Origin: Vicinamibacterales bacterium
GTDB lineage: Bacteria > Acidobacteriota > Vicinamibacteria > Vicinamibacterales > UBA8438
NCBI GenBank assembly: GCA_963663195.1
Contig: OY760136.1
Coordinates: 1,146,070 to 1,210,069 of the forward strand
Reading direction: 5' to 3'
DNA: 64,000 bases
Positions 62,708-64,000 of this stretch are shown here, one piece after another. The position numbers and the translations under genes were made by a program. The notes under the pieces were generated by a model. That model saw only the letters and a program-made list of their open reading frames with translations. It ran no database searches and was not told where the DNA came from. Within the stretch, counting starts at the first letter, position 1. Every line of letters begins with the position of its first letter.

Positions 62708-64000
62708 ATGCAGATCCTCAACCGCTACTTCGAGCTCGAGCAGCACGGCACGACCGTGCGGACCGAGGTGATGGCCGGCCTGACGACGTTTCTCACCATG
62801 GCCTACATCGCCTTCGTCAATCCGCAGATCCTGTCGGAAGCGGGCATGGACCGGGGAGCGGTGTTCGTGGCGACCTGTCTGGCGGCGGCCATCGGCAGCG
62901 CCATCATGGGGCTGTACGCGAACTACCCGATTGCCCAGGCGCCCGGCATGGGGCTGAACGCCTTCTTCACCTACGGGGTCGTGCTCGGCATGGGCTATCC
63001 GTGGCAGACGGCGCTCGGAGCGGTATTCGTCTCCGGCCTCTGCTTCATGGCGCTGTCGGTGCTGCCGATCCGCGAGTGGGTGGTGAACGCTTTCCCGCGC
63101 TCTCTCAAGCTGGCGACGTCGGCCGGCATAGGATTGTTCCTGGCCATCATCGCGATGCGCAACGCAGGCCTCGTGGAGGGTAGCGAGGCGACGCTGGTGA
63201 CGCTGGGCGACGTCACCGCCGCGCCGGCGGTGCTCGCCGTCGTCGGCCTCGTCCTCATCGCCGCGCTCGAAGCGCGGCGGGTGACCGGCGGGCCGATCAT
63301 CGGAATCCTGGCGGTCACCGTGGTCGGTCTGGCGCTGGGGGTGACACCCTTCCGCGGCGTCGTCGATCTGCCGCCCTCAATCGCACCGACGCTGTTCGTG
63401 CTCGATATCGGCGCCGCGCTCGACATCGCGCTGTTCGGCGTGATCTTCGCCTTCCTGTTCACGGACCTGTTCGACACAGCCGGGACGTTGATCGGCGTGG
63501 CCCACCAGGCTGATCTGCTCGACGCCGACGGCCGCCTGCCGCGCGTGCGGAAGGCGCTGGTCGCCGACTCGACCGCGACGACGCTGGGCGCGCTGCTCGG
63601 CACCTCTTCGGTGACCAGCTACATCGAGAGCGCCGCCGGCGTGAAGGCGGGCGGCCGGACCGGGCTCACGGCAGTGACGGTATCCGCGCTGTTCCTGGCG
63701 ACGCTCTTCCTCTCGCCGCTGGCCGACACGATCCCGGCCTACGCCACGGCAGCGGTGCTTCTGTACGTCACCTGCCTCATGGCGCGCAGCCTCGTCGACA
63801 TCGACTGGTCGGACGTTACGGAGTATGCGCCGGCCGTCGTGCTTGCAGTCACCATCCCGCTCAGCTTTTCGATAGCCGACGGCATCGCGGCCGGCTTCAT
63901 TACCTATGCGGCAATCAAGCTGCTGTCCGGCCGCGCACACGAGGCGCAACCGGCGGTATTGATACTGGCGGCGGTATTCGTGGCCCGCTTCGTCTGGCTG
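62708..64000 (+). CDS. NCS2/AzgA-family purine (adenine/guanine/hypoxanthine) permease (3' end outside window)
   Basis: Absent from the ORF track (no stop in the window). ATG at 62708. MQILNRYFELEQHGTTVRTEVMAGLTTFLTMAYIAFVNPQIL... and ...TSYIESAAGV are AzgA-like signatures. The open frame runs to the window edge (431 codons). Confidence 0.88.
   Translation, partial: MQILNRYFELEQHGTTVRTEVMAGLTTFLTMAYIAFVNPQILSEAGMDRGAVFVATCLAAAIGSAIMGLYANYPIAQAPGMGLNAFFTYGVVLGMGYPWQTALGAVFVSGLCFMALSVLPIREWVVNAFPRSLKLATSAGIGLFLAIIAMRNAGLVEGSEATLVTLGDVTAAPAVLAVVGLVLIAALEARRVTGGPIIGILAVTVVGLALGVTPFRGVVDLPPSIAPTLFVLDIGAALDIALFGVIFAFLFTDLFDTAGTLIGVAHQADLLDADGRLPRVRKALVADSTATTLGALLGTSSVTSYIESAAGVKAGGRTGLTAVTVSALFLATLFLSPLADTIPAYATAAVLLYVTCLMARSLVDIDWSDVTEYAPAVVLAVTIPLSFSIADGIAAGFITYAAIKLLSGRAHEAQPAVLILAAVFVARFVWL

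Overview
GC-rich bacterial chromosome segment centred on the replication origin. It is almost entirely housekeeping. The gene order is gyrA-gyrB-dnaN-dnaA (minus strand), then rpmH-rnpA-yidD-[IS]-yidC-jag-mnmE-mnmG-rsmG, pyrE/pyrF, parA-parB, atpHAGDC, a PP2C phosphatase, a Wzm/Wzt-type ABC exporter, mfd, a SurA-like PPIase and dusB (plus strand). The left third holds a Cu/Ag-type cusCBA efflux operon with an unusual small Cys/His-rich upstream gene, tRNA-Ser next to serS, galU, rsmI, glmU, glmS and uvrD. The right end holds dcp, a DUF523/DUF1722 gene, a TIGR01777 gene and a truncated NCS2 purine permease. TolC-, SurA- and RND-type genes point to a diderm. Phylum cannot be assigned from sequence alone.

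I found no defence island, CRISPR array, toxin system or other clearly novel multi-gene system. The observations worth a second look are non-coding or structural:
1. A candidate oriC (an AT-rich island plus DnaA boxes between dnaA and dnaN, and an inverted DnaA-box pair upstream of dnaA).
2. A dnaA ORF with no room for a canonical domain I.
3. Two families of structured intergenic repeats. Family A is a MITE/REP-like inverted-repeat element. Family B is a GC-rich multi-hairpin element, found once nested inside an A copy.
4. An IS481-family element with a perfect GCTAGC target duplication, inserted into the terminus of an A element between yidD and yidC.
5. Two perfect TGTTCCACGTGGAACA parS palindromes upstream of parAB.

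Several genes absent from the ORF track were recovered by eye: rpmH, tRNA-Ser, a partial dihaem cytochrome c at the left edge and a partial permease at the right edge. Many very long ORFs in the track are antisense shadow ORFs typical of GC-rich DNA and were rejected.
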